Assembly: GCF_006345805.1 (NCBI RefSeq)
Contig: NC_043004.1
Location: 98,828,001-98,892,000 of the forward strand
Origin: Octopus sinensis
Lineage: Eukaryota
Reading direction: 5' to 3'
DNA length: 64,000 nucleotides
Below, piece by piece: positions 26,414-40,004 of the stretch. The position numbers were made by a program, and so were the translations under genes. The first letter of the stretch is position 1; each line of letters opens with the position of its first letter. The notes below the pieces were generated by a model. That model worked only from the letters and a program-made list of their open reading frames with translations, made no database searches and was not told the origin of the DNA.

Positions 26414-26757
26414 AATCCCAGACATATTGGAACAATAATTGGTGTGAAGAAAACTGTTTAGCAATAGTTAATTTAGATAAGATATGAAATAGAGAGTGAA
26501 GTGAAGGAATGAAAATAGATGTGAGATATGCCGGGATATTGCATTTGTAGATCCATTATTTAGACAGAATGGTATACATATAAGATTGCAATATCTTGTG
26601 AGTAAAATCCATAATCACCGAACCTGGAGCTTAACTAGGGTCTATCAATAGCACTTACTCAGCATTACCTGACACCTTTGGGTCTAACTGACACCATTAC
26701 CTATCATAACCTCTCTCTATATATATATGTACATATATATATATGTATATATATGTT

Positions 26758-26792
<35 letters not shown>

Positions 26793-26847
26793 ACATATAT
26801 ATATATATATATGTATATATATGTACATATATCTATAAAATAATATG

Positions 26848-27072
26848 TTACAATTACTCAATAGTCAAGATAAAACTCTGAGTTTCAGATGCCGAAGTGG
26901 AAATCCACAACACCATCTCTTCGGTTATCTGACCATTTCTGAAACTCAGAGTTTTATCTTGACTATTGAGTAAATGTAACATATTGAGTAAATGTAACAT
27001 AGATAAATTTCCTCTATTTACATAATATTGAGGTCTCTTTCTTTCTTTTGTTATCTTACCGTTTTTACCAAT
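26848..27072 (-). mobile_element. (TA)n-embedded Penelope-like terminus with 41-bp inverted arms and hammerhead-like fold
   Basis: Arms 26848-26888 and 26938-26979; minus strand GUCAGAUAA-CCGAAGA-GAUG..CAUC-U-GAAA-CUCAGAG-UU-UUAUCUUGAC; 27005-27072 recurs inverted at ~20020-20085. Confidence 0.6.
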
Positions 27073-28062
27073 ATATGTACATATATGTATAAATATACAT
27101 ATATATGTATGTATATAAGTCTAAATTTTATATATCCATGTGTGTATTTGTGTTTGTGAAATAGAAAGTAGCTGTAGAAATTCTGCCTCAATGAATCCCC
27201 TCTGACCACTGTGTTGATGGACATGCAGACATCAAAATAATGACATTAAAACGATGATGATGATGACATGATGACGATAATCAGCATCATTGACATCACC
27301 ATCGGTGTCATCATCAGGTTTCTCAATCAAGTGTTAAATAACAACAAATGCAATGATGCAAGAAAAAGGTATGATTGACAATTTTACCTAGATCACAGAT
27401 TAAATTTTCTCCAACCTTTGTAACCTCATACTATATTACAATGTTGCTTATATTATGTTACAAGCCAAGAATTTTGAGTGATAGTATTCAAGAAAATGGC
27501 AAGTATTATTGTAGTTGTTGTTGTTGTTTAGAAATATCTTTAAATGTATTAATATGTGATATGTAAAGAAATGTGTTTAGTTTAAAGGAGAAATGTCAAA
27601 ATGCCTGTTGTAAGGTCAACTACAGACTGATTACTACATCCTAATCAATCATATACCACACTGATTTTGAATTACCTCAACTTTTAAATTCCGATCGTCT
27701 ATATACATCCTTTTATGATGCTTGATCTGCTTTGTGCATCAAAATCCCTCAAGTGGAATCAAAGTCCCTGTCTAATAATAATGATTTCTGAAACTGGCTT
27801 GAAAGGCCATAAATTTTGTAATGTAGAAGGATTGTTGTCAATTAAATTCACCCCCCTTGAACATGCTTACTAGTTATGGAAAGATGAAAGACGAAGATAA
27901 CTCCAATGGGATTTGAACCCAGAACTCATAAGGACGAAACTAAATACTGTAAATCATTTAGTTTTCAGGTCCGTCATTTCTGCCACTCCATTGCCTTAGT
28001 GACATATGAGTGATTCGATTCTAAATATAAATATATACCTTTAATATCTATATCCATCCTTC

Positions 28063-28134
<72 letters not shown>

Positions 28135-28204
28135 CATATTTATACATACATACGTATGTACATAGATACATATATATGCACATGTATATAGAAATATGCA
28201 TACA

Positions 28205-28292
<88 letters not shown>

Positions 28293-28353
28293 GTATGTGT
28301 ATATATATATATATATATCTCTATCTCTCTATATATATATCTATATATATATA

Positions 28354-28391
<38 letters not shown>

Positions 28392-29752
28392 ACTATATCT
28401 ATGAAGGTATTGAGATAATCAGTAATATGGTTTATGCATGTAGAAATTTAGTCTTCTCTTTCAACCAACTGTGACTGACTGCAATATTTACATAGTTCAA
28501 TGCAGTTTAACTTGTGTTATGTAACAGAAACCTGTGATTGAAGGAACAATGGACATCTCGTAATCCAGACAAATTAGCACTAGAAAGGAAACAAGAATCG
28601 AAGAGAAACAGGCATTATCCCAGCTAAACATTGTTTTATCAATGAATCTCTCTTCAGAGATGAAACAATTGTAAAACTTTGGTTAATAGAACCAGATTAC
28701 AGTATTCAGACAGCAATCACAGTAAATATTTACTTCGATAGACCTTTTGTTTGAATAGTCTTATACAGTTTTCTGATCGCTTCTGTCCCAAACATCTCTG
28801 TTGTCTTCAGTTTTTTTTTCCATTTCCCTGTCGTCTGCTTTTATCCATTAGTTAGTTTTCAGTATTTTCCCCACCTCCTATCTTTCTCCTTCCTTTCTTT
28901 TATTTCTCTTGCCATTTGTATTGTCCACTTCTCTATGTCCACTGTAATTTCTCCAATATGTTGTCCGTTTTCTCAGTTCACTTCTTTCTTTATACATATT
29001 ATATGAGACTTCCATTTCGCTGTTTTTGTCTTCTCCTGCCATCTTATCATCAACGTATTTCTCTCTCTCTCTCTCTCTCTCCCCACACACACATTACATT
29101 CTCAGTTTTCTTTTTGAATAATGTCTCCCTCTTCTATTTCCTCATCATTTTCTTCTTCCATTTAATTGTCTTTTGTTTCATCTATTTACTCTCTTCCTAT
29201 CCCTCTTCACCTCTATATCAAAAATTTTACCTCTTTGAAATTTTACCAACAACAAAGCAAACATCACGAACATGTCATGATTTCGTTTTTGCTTTTGTCT
29301 ACTAATATTACTAACACATATGTAAACACACAAGTAAAACACTTTTCTAAAGATAAAGAATATAAATAGCAGTAGCAGAAACGATACCACACTAATTAAC
29401 ATGCCTTAATTTATAGACAAACAATAGAAAAACCTTTACACAATCTACACAGAAGATCCAAAAAAGGTGGCAAAGTACAGAAAGGAGAGAGGAACTGAAT
29501 TTTTCTGATTAGAAGTGTGCTGGATCAAAATGATTTCATCTTAATTGTTTATTTTATACTGAAAAAAAAAAGAAAAGAAAAAAGAAAAAAAAACTGCTGT
29601 CTTTATGAATCTCTTTGCATATAAGTATGAGTAGGTGTCTGAGTATATAAAACTGTGTATGTGTGTATATTTCTCTGTAAATCTAAGTATGTATGTTTGA
29701 ATGCTTGCTTATATTTTTGTGTCCATATGATATATAAATACATGCACATGAT

Positions 29753-29804
<52 letters not shown>

Positions 29805-29991
29805 TATATATATATATATATTTGTGTATGCACATATATATTAGACTACTTTCTTAAGTCGTTGCATGGTAATCACTTATAATCTTTAAGCTTATAAAAT
29901 ACTATTTTTATTATTTACAGAATTGTAAAAGTCAACACTGCTCAACAAAAACCATTGATAATATATATATATATATATATAGAATATATAG

Positions 29992-30027
<36 letters not shown>

Positions 30028-30119
30028 ATATGTATGTATATATATGTATATATATATGTATATATATATAATATAATATATATAATATATATATATATAT
30101 GTATATATAAATAAGTATT

Positions 30120-30545
30120 CTTTTATTCTCTTATTTGTTTCATTTATTTGACTGCAGCCATGCTGGAGCACCAACTTTTAGCTGAACAAATCGACCCAAG
30201 GACTTATTCTTTGCAAGCCTAGTACTTATTCCAGCTTTTCTTTTGCCGAACCGCTAAGTTATGGGGATGGAAACACACTAGCATTTTGGTCGTTAAGCGA
30301 TGATGGGGGAACAAACACAGACACACAAATGCACACACATGTACACACACACACTGACACACACACACACACAAACAAACACACACAAGTACGATGGGCT
30401 TCTTTCAGTTTCCATTTCATTCACATGGCTTTGTCTGGCCTGAGGCTATAGCAGAAGACACTTGCCCAAGGTGCCACACAGTGGGACCGAACCCAGAACC
30501 ATGTGGCTGGTAAGCAAGCTACTTACCACACAGCCACTCGTGCAC
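30120..30545 (-). mobile_element. SINE family A (older)
   Basis: Diverged full copy. Confidence 0.8.
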
Positions 30546-31396
30546 ATATATATATATATATATTCACATATATGGTTATATTAATGATACAAATATTAAG
30601 GAGGTGCTCACTCACACTATAATACAATGAGTAAATACTTCCATTATTGCAATATCTGGAATCTTCATTTGTCAAACCAAAGTATGATCCGCCCATGTGT
30701 ATGTGCATGCATGTTTGTGTATGTATGTGTATGAATGTATGTGTTTGTGTGTGTATGTCTGTCTATCACTGTTTGTGTGTATACACTCTTACTATGCGGA
30801 TGAACATCCATTGGTTTCAAAGATGAGGATTCAGTTGTTTGATCAGCGGAATTATCAGCTCATTGAATTATTATGTAAGTGGCTGAGCATTCCAGAAACA
30901 CATGTGTGCTTAATATAATTCTCAGGCAAAATCAGTGTGATACAGCATATGTCAAGGCTGTACCTTCGATTTACAGGTAAAAGCCATCCCTGAACTCCTC
31001 CATTCTTTCATTCTGTTCAATATCACACTTGCAAATTATGGGTCAAAATGGAAGATGTCAAGAATTACATTTGTCTAAAATATTACACAGTGTGACTGAA
31101 TGCAGGATTTCCTTACATGTATACAAACATGCAGATATATACATGTGTATGAATGCATATATATATAAGAAAATGGAGAAACAAATTCATTTCGATTATC
31201 AACTTACGGATATTACAATTTCACATTATTTATTAATTATATACAAATGGGAACATCAAAATCGAACAAAGCAATATACATCAATATGTATTATAATAAA
31301 AATAAAAATAATACAAATAAACTGCTCCTTACAGCTGTTTCAGCCTATCTCATAGTGGGTTACTTTCATAACCCCTATCTTACTTAAAGAAGATAT

Positions 31397-31795
31397 ACTC
31401 TTTACTCTTTTACTTGTTTCAGTCATTTGACTGTGGCCATGCTGGAGCACCACCTTTAATCGAGCAACTCGACCCCGGGACTTATTCTTTTGTAAGCCCA
31501 GTACTTATTCTATCGGTCTCTTTTGTCGAACTGCTAAGTGACGGGGACATAAACACACCACCATCGGTTGTCAAGCAATGCTAGGGGGACAAACACACAC
31601 ACATACACACATATATTATATATACATATATACAACAGGCTTCTTTCAGTTTCTGTCTACCAAATCCACTCACAAGGCATTGGTCGGCCCGGGGCTATAG
31701 TAGAAGACACTTGCCCAAGGTGCCACGCAGTGGGACTGAACCCGGAACCATGTGGTTGCTTAGCAAGCTACTTACCACACAGCCACTCCTGCGCC
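31397..31795 (-). mobile_element. SINE family A
   Basis: Full length. Confidence 0.9.
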
Positions 31796-31950
31796 TATTA
31801 GTTATAGATATAACTATATATGTACTTGTATATATGTAACGTATGTAGTAAATTTATGAAGAGGATGAATGTAGCTATTTCTCCATAGACTGAAAAAACA
31901 AATGATGAGTGGCCTTAATTGAATTTTGAATCATATTGGATTCTCAACAG

Positions 31951-32057
31951 AAGTGTCTACATCAATTAACCAATCCCAGAGAAACAATCTGCCAGTCTGT
32001 TTATATACTCAACAATTTCAGTAGCTATAGAAAACTGGAGCTATTAATATGCATATG
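31951..32057 (+). CDS. Candidate exon (KCLHQLTNPRETICQSVYILNNFSSYRKLELLICIx)
   Basis: Acceptor ggattctcaacag, donor ATG|gtaagt, one open frame, phase 0 to 2. Confidence 0.3.
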
Positions 32058-32207
32058 GTAAGTGTTGAGAATTATTTAATATCAGGGACCTGTCAAAAGG
32101 GATCTCAGCCCACACGGCATTGAGCTATGATATGATATATGTAACCTACATAGCGGATGTATACATATATGCATATGTACATGTAGGTACATATATATGT
32201 ATGTGTC

Positions 32208-32240
<33 letters not shown>

Positions 32241-32314
32241 GAGAGAAGAGAGAGAAAGAGAGAGATAGACAGACAGACAGGCAGGCAGACAGATAGATAG
32301 ATGCATATGTACAT

Positions 32315-32724
32315 ACTCTTTACTCTTTTACTTGTTTCAGTCATTTGACTGTGGCCATGCTGGAGCACCGCCTTTAATCGAGCAACTCGACCCCAGGACT
32401 TATTCTTTTGTAAGCCCAGTACTTATTCTATCGGTCTCTTTTGCCAAACCGCTAAGTAACGGGGACGTAAACACACCAGCATCGGTTGTCAAGCAATGCT
32501 AGGGGGACAAACACAGACACACAAACATATACACACACACTTATATATATATACATATATACGACAGGCTTCTTTCAGTTTCCGTCTACTAAATCCACTC
32601 ACAAGGCATTGGTCGGCCCAGGGCTATAGCAGAAGACACTTGCCCAAGATGCCACGCAGTGGGACTGAACCCGGAACCATGTGGTTAATTAGCAAGCTAC
32701 TTACCACACAGCCACTCCTGCGCC
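32315..32724 (-). mobile_element. SINE family A
   Basis: Full length. Confidence 0.9.
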
Positions 32725-33166
32725 TATGGGTACAATGTCAAAATGGGTACAATGTCAAAATGAAGAGAGGGAGGATCATCAACACCAACCAAAAAATATA
32801 CATCATATTTGCTCTGTTATGAAGGAAATGGGGAGGTGTATTGTCTACAAACAGATGTCACACAATTCTTTGTAACTTTGGTATCATGATGAAAGACAAA
32901 TATTAGAGAAAAACAGATGGTATTAAGTAGAAGCTAAGAATGGAGAAAACGAAAGTTATCTCTCATTTCAAAGACAGCATTGTACTTGGAGTAGGACAGT
33001 CGTCGAGTGATGGAGTGATGTGAGGGCATCTTATAGGTAGGAGAGCTAGTAACATCAGAAGACTTAGCAAGTCTGTGGTGAAGGGCCTGGATGTAGATTT
33101 ATATTAAAGCCAATAGTCTACATCACTGCTCCCATTTTAATGAAAATTTTGTTAAGTCAAAGAATC

Positions 33167-33596
33167 AAATCAAAATCGATGAACATCAATGGAATTTGTA
33201 GTTTTGTGGTACCAGTACCGGTGGCACATAAGAAAACCATCCAAACGTGGCCGTAGCCAGTACTGTATCAACTGGCCTCCGTGCTGGTGGCACGGAACAA
33301 ACACCATCCGATCGTGGCCGTGCCAGCTCGCCTGGCCTCCATGCCGGTGGCACGAAAAAAACACCATCTGAATGTGGCCGTTCACCAGCCTCGTCTGGCA
33401 TCTATGTCGGTAGCACATAAAAAGCACCCACTACACTCACGGAGTGGTTGGCGTTAGGAAGGGCATCCAGCTGTAGAAACACTGCCATATCAGACTGGGC
33501 CTGGTACAGCCTTTGGGCTTCCCAGACCCCAGTTGAACCGTCCAACCCATGCTAGCATGGAAAGCGGACGTTAAACGATGATGATGATGATGATAC
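33167..33596 (+). mobile_element. Family C element
   Basis: Same TCAAAATCGAT start as 11806, three internal units, (GAT)n tail. Confidence 0.85.
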
Positions 33597-33780
33597 AGGT
33601 GATCTGGCCTCCTCCAGCACAACGTCTTGACACATTTCAGCATTTACAAGGGCAAGAGGACTATTATAATTTTCAACATGTCTCCCAAATCATGCCTCAA
33701 TCGTCTCTAGCAATCCAAAATATCACATTCCTCTGATCTTCATTCCTTTTTTGCATTTCCTCTTGCTAAGTACATCTAAT

Positions 33781-34204
33781 ACTCTTTACTCTTTTACTCT
33801 TTTACTTGTTTCAGTCATGTGACTGAGGCCATGCTGGAGCACCGCCTTTTAGTCGATCAAATCGACCCCAGGACTTATTCTTTGTAAGCCTAGTACTTAT
33901 ATTATCGGTCTCTTTTTGCCGAACCGCTAAGTTACGGGGATGTAAACACACCAGCATCGGTTGTCAAGCGATGTTGGGGGGGGGGACAAACACAGACACA
34001 CAAACACGCACATACACACATATATAAATACATACATATATACGACGAGCTTTTTTCAGTTTTCGTCTACCAAATCCACTCACAAGGCTTTGGTTGGCCC
34101 AAGGCTATAGTAGAAGACACTTACACAAGGTGCCACGCAGTGGGACTGAACCCGAAACCATGTGGTTCGTAAGCAAGCTACTTACCACACAGCCACTCCT
34201 GCGC
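33781..34204 (-). mobile_element. SINE family A
   Basis: Full length. Confidence 0.9.
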
Positions 34205-34418
34205 ATCGAGCATCTCTTCTAGTTACTTCATATTCTTCTCTGCAGCCTTCAGTCTTTCCAGGCCTTTATGGTTGTGTCTACAGAACTATTCCACCACCAT
34301 GTCTATCTTTCATCTGGTGAGAGCTTGCTCCAACCAACAGACTTTACCCTCAGCAAGTTTTCTTATAGAAACTTTTACTTCTTTGCTCTCCATGTTGTAA
34401 GTTACCATCTTCACTTAC

Positions 34419-34546
34419 CTGTCAAATGCTTCAAGTAGTACTTCCCTGAATTTACTGCTGTTCATTGGCTTTGGAATTTTCCATGGCATCTTCCTCCAGA
34501 CCAGACTGAGATAACTCAAGAGCTTCAGACTTGATTGCACAAGTTT
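34419..34546 (-). CDS. Candidate exon (KLVQSSLKLLSYLSLVWRKMPWKIPKPMNSSKFREVLLEAFDx)
   Basis: Acceptor tttttagaatttatag, consensus donor CAG|gtaagt, 128 bp open, phase 0 to 2. Confidence 0.5.
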
Positions 34547-34739
34547 CTATAAATTCTAAAAACTGACAAGTCTAATTGGGAATGAATTCCTGTTTGTACA
34601 GTAGCCAGTGATTTTTGGTGATGATAATAAAAACAGTGGGAAACATTACACTTTGAAATAGAATGGTATGAATTAACACACACCTACACACAAACCAACA
34701 TATATACATGTATATGTGTGTGAATATAAGTGTTTGTAG

Positions 34740-34774
<35 letters not shown>

Positions 34775-35914
34775 CACCATCATCGTTTAATGTACATCAT
34801 CTATGCTGGCATAGATTCAATAAGCTGGAGGACTGCATCAAGCTCTAGTGTTTACTTTAGCATGGTTTCTACAGCTGGGTACCCTTCCTAGTATCAGCCC
34901 CTGCATAGAGTAAACTAGGTGCTCATGAGGTCACTTAGTAACTTGCAATACAAAGAAAAGGGTCCCTCAACTGAATGGGTTTGTAGCAGTTAGACAGGTG
35001 ACTTTATAAAGTGGCTAAAATATGATAGGACAGGCAAAGGTGATATGCTACGGAGGAGATACATGGCTACCTTGCTTATATAGGAGTGGATGAGAGAAAC
35101 TGGAAAGAAGGCAAAGATGGCAGTGATGAAGTGGTTGTACACTACCAAGATACAAGAGGTGTATAAGAGATAATATGGTCAGAGAATCAAGAAAATGAGA
35201 TTCAAAGGAGAGCAACAGAGAGACAGAAATGGGATACAAGTGAGTGAAACAAGTCCAAAATGAGGAATGGAGTAAGAAAATTATATGGGCCCAGATTGCT
35301 GTCTCTTCAGTCAAGTTACTGTTATCATAATATCATTATTATTATTATTATATGGACACTCACAGCTTATTTTGCTGGGTTTGATGGAAAGTGTTAGCTG
35401 TCCACAGCCAGCAGACTAAGGTGACACTTGTTTTACTGGTCATGCTTCAAGAACCCTGCAAAGAATTCTTGTAGTTCCAAGCAATGCCAATTTTTGTAGA
35501 TGTCTACTTTCACACTTGCACCAATCTTTTTCAGCTATGCTAGTACTTGAGTTCTGATACTTTTAAGTGCATCAATTACTATTGGTATCCCATCTAATAG
35601 CTTCATTGACCACTATTATTATCCTCATTATTATTATTATTATTTTTATTATCATCATCATCATCATCATCATCATTATTATAATTACTATTATTATTAA
35701 GGTGACGAGCATGCAGAATCATTTGCATGTTGGACGAAATGCTTATAGGTATTTCGTCAGTTGCTACATTCTGAGTTCAAATTCCGCTGAGGTCAACTTT
35801 GCCCTTTCATCCTTTTAGGGTTGATAAATTAAGTACCAGTGAAACATTGTGGTCAATGTAATCGACTAGTACCTGCCCCAGAAATTCCTAGCCTTTTGCC
35901 TTTAGTAGAAAGGA

Positions 35915-36049
35915 TCATCATCATCATCATCATCATCACCATCACCACCACCACCACCACCACCACCACCACCATCATCACCATCGTCGTCGTCGTCGTC
36001 GTCATCGTCGTCATCATCGTCATCGTCATCATCATCGTCATCGTCGTCG

Positions 36050-36085
<36 letters not shown>

Positions 36086-36226
36086 CATCATCATCATCAT
36101 CATCTCATCATCATCATCACCATCACCACCACCACCACCACCACCACCACCATCATCACCATCGTCGTCGTCGTCTCGTCATCGTCGTCATCATCGTCAT
36201 CGTCATCATCATCGTCATCGTCGTCG

Positions 36227-36317
<91 letters not shown>

Positions 36318-36340
36318 TATTATTATTATTATTATTATTA
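35915..36340. repeat. Compound trinucleotide array (CAT/CAC/CGT/TAT)
   Basis: Direct reading; an ~85-bp block occurs twice. Confidence 0.95.
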
Positions 36341-36639
36341 AGGCAGTGAGCTGGCAGAATCATTACCATGCTGGACAAAATGGTTAGCAGTATTTCATCT
36401 GTCATTAGATTCTCAGTTCAAATTCAGCTGAGATTAACTTTGTCTTTCATTCTTTTTGGGGTTGATGAAATAAGTACCAGTTGAACACAGGGGTTTGATG
36501 TAATTCACTCCAAAATCTGCTGGCCTTGTGCCAGAATTTAAACTTATCGTTATTTTTATTATTATTTTCATTAGCATCTTCTTTCAATTCAGTTTCCATT
36601 TCTTGCTGAATGCCTTCCTGAAACCTAGGGCAGCACCTG

Positions 36640-37195
36640 CCGATGCCAGCGCCGCCTTGACTGGCTTCTGTGCCGGTGGCACATAAAAAGCACCATCCGA
36701 ACGTGGCCGATGCCAGCGCCGCCTCGACTGGCTTCTGTGCTGGTGGCACATAAAAAGCACCATCCGAACGTGGCCGATGCCAGCGCCGCCTCGACTGGCC
36801 TCTGTGCCGGTGGCACATAAAAAGCACCATCCGAACGTGGCCGATGCCAGCGCCGCCTCGACTGGCTTCTGTGCCGGTGGCACATAAAAAGCACCATCCG
36901 AACGTGGCCGATGCCAGCGCCGCCTTGGCTGGCTTCCGTGCCAGTGGCACGTTAAAAGCACCAACCGATCGTGGCCGATGCCAGACACCCCCCTGGCACC
37001 TGTGCAGGTGGCACGTAAAAAGCACCCACTACACTTGCGGAGTAGTTGGCATTAGGAAGGGCATCCAGCCATAGAAACACTGCCAGATCAGACTGGAGCC
37101 TGGTGCTGCCCCTGGCTTCCCAGACCCCGGTCGAACCATCTAACCCATGCTAGCACGGAAAACGGACGTTAAACGATGATGATGATGATGATGAT
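36640..37195 (+). mobile_element. Family C element with expanded internal array (5 x 67 bp plus a variant unit)
   Basis: CCGATGCCAG at 36640, 36707, 36774, 36841, 36908, 36975. Confidence 0.9.
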
Positions 37196-37582
37196 TACCT
37201 TTATCATCATCATTATTGTTGTTGTTATTCTGGAAGACTCGTGGATAGTTCTTAATTACTGGTTATTCTTTACTTGAAAGCAGGCAATAACAAAATCACC
37301 AAAGGTTTTTAGTAGTGCCTGCTCCTGTGACTCAAAGAGACAATACTCTCCTTAGAATGCGAGCTGTACCCAAAAATGTTGTCCAATGTATCCCCTACTT
37401 ACAATGCAGTAGATTGTGATTTGAGGGAGATTTCACTGTTATTTCAAGTATTTTGAACCCCCACCAAGGATTTCTTTCTTTATTGCTAACAGGGGGATAA
37501 ACATGGAGGGGACAAACAAGGACAGACAAAGGGATTAAGTTGGCTACATCTGCCCCAGTGCATAACTGGTACTTATTTAATC

Positions 37583-37999
37583 AAGGCGGCGAGCTTGCAG
37601 AAATGTTAGCACGCCGGGCAAAATGCTTAGCGGTATTTCGTCTGCCGTTACGTTGTGAGTTCAAATTCCGCCGAGTTCGACTTTGCCTTTCATCCTTTCG
37701 GGGTCGATAAATTAAGTACCAGTTACGCACTGGGGTCGATGTAATCGACTTAATACCTATGTCTGTCCTTGTTTGTCCTCTCTGTGTTTAGCCCCTTGTG
37801 GGTAATAAAGAAATAGGTATTTCATCTGCCGTTACGTTCTGAGTTCAAATTCCGCCGAGGTCGACTTTGCCTTTCATCCTTTCGGGGTCGATAAATTAAG
37901 TGCCAGTTACGCACTGAGGTTGATGTAATTGACTTAATACCTATGTCTGTCCTTGTTTGTCCCCTCTGTGTGTAACCCCTTGTGGGTAATAAAGAAATA
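37583..37999 (+). mobile_element. SINE family B dimer inserted into an older antisense family B copy (37490-38125)
   Basis: Bodies 37632-37815 and 37816-37999; 15-bp TSD GGTACTTATTTAATC at 37568-37582 and 38000-38014. Confidence 0.9.
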
Positions 38000-39046
38000 G
38001 GTACTTATTTAATCAAACCCAAAAGGATGAAAGGCAAGGTCAACCTCAGAGGAATTTGAACTCAGAACATAATGGCAGATGAAATACTGCTAAACATTTT
38101 GCCCAGCATGCTAACGATTCTACTACCACATAGGATCGCTTTCCTCTTTTATTTACCAATGTCGGCAACGAATTCTGAACTGCCAACACTTCAGTTCACA
38201 AGTTATATGACATGGCTATCTGTAAATAATGGCTGCATACATCAACATCTACAAGTTGAGACATGATTCAGCTGAAGAGAACTTTCACTGAAATAAACAT
38301 CATATGGACTGTAACAGATATTGTCAGTGCATCACTGTCCAAATTTCTTAATCATAGAGTGTATTTGTGTAGGTGTGCATGTGTGCGAGTGATGACGATG
38401 ATTTATTTGTACGTGTGTGCAATCATGATTTATTAGTATGTATCTACAGATGTGTGTGTGTGTGTCTGTATTTGCGTGAGTTTTTAACCTCATGTACAAA
38501 CATAGATGCGCAAAATGCTAAATTGCTTTGTATATGTTAATATCAAAAGCAACATGAATATGATGTACACACATACATATGAACACATCTGTATACACTA
38601 AACTCAAGAAAAATGGACTGACAGACAGACAGACAGTATGTTTATATGTATGTATGTATGTACATATGTATGTATATATCTATGTGTATAACTATGTGTA
38701 AGTGCATCTATGTGTCTGTATGTGCATCTTCACATATCTTACACATGCAATAAGTCAAGTCAGTACATATACATGATCAAGTGTTTGCACATAGGGGTAG
38801 ATGTATGTGCTTGCGTGTGTATGTACAGACAATATTACCGTTGTAGCATTCTTTGATTAAGGAAAGCATGTAAATGTATATGCATTCATGCAAAAAATAT
38901 GCGTGTATATTTGCATGTGTCAATATATAGATATATAGATATGATCACTCATACAAAGAAACGTATGTATATTACATTTAGTCACACTATCAGGCACTCA
39001 AATATATACATCGCAGAACAGTACACAATACATATATATATATATA

Positions 39047-39101
<55 letters not shown>

Positions 39102-39135
39102 TATGTATATCTATCTACCTATCTATCTATCTATC

Positions 39136-39172
<37 letters not shown>

Positions 39173-39256
39173 ATGTGTATATGTATATATATATCTATAC
39201 ATATATATATATATATATATACATATATATACGTATATATAAACATATATACATAA

Positions 39257-39287
<31 letters not shown>

Positions 39288-39754
39288 TGTATGTATATAT
39301 ACATACACTCACATACATATAACATATGCGTGTATGCACACATACACACACACACACACACAGATATATATATGTAAGTAGGTATATAAAATATATATGT
39401 AAATAAATAAATAAACCATGTATTCATATGTGTCTGTAAGTCTGTGAGTGTCTGTGAGCGTGTAGAAAAACAGATAAATAAATACATGTGTATAGATATT
39501 GTAAAGAAACGAAAATCAGAAACACTGACATAAAAAACTGATGATAGCTAAAGACCGTTGACTAGAGGGCTTCTTTCATAGATATCCAGACCTGTGTATG
39601 GATCTATCATTGATTCATCAAGAGAAATTTGGAGAGATCAAAAGGTTGGACATGTTTCATTGATTAATGGACTAGATATGCATGTATGAATGTATGTATG
39701 TATGAATGTACGTATGTATGTATGTATGTGTGTATGTATGTATGGAAGTATGTA

Positions 39755-39789
<35 letters not shown>

Positions 39790-39966
39790 GCATATGCATG
39801 TATGTATATAGGTATGTATGTATACATCCATCTATCTATCTATCTTGCTCTATATACATATCTGTGTATGTGTGTTTGTGTGTATGTGTGTGTGTGTTTG
39901 TGTATGCATCTGTATATGTGTGTATGAGCATGTGTATGTTTGTGCAAATAAGTACCATATATATGT

Positions 39967-40004
<38 letters not shown>

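Noticed and set aside
30800-30890. Exon-like MRIQLFDQRNYQLIELL|gtaagt
   Set aside because: Appears to lie in an interspersed repeat with a related inverted segment near 5790-5950
35839-36405. Poly-I/H/D ORFs
   Set aside because: Trinucleotide microsatellite
36447-37025. 192-aa repetitive ORF
   Set aside because: Product of the 67-bp array in family C; unit is not a multiple of three
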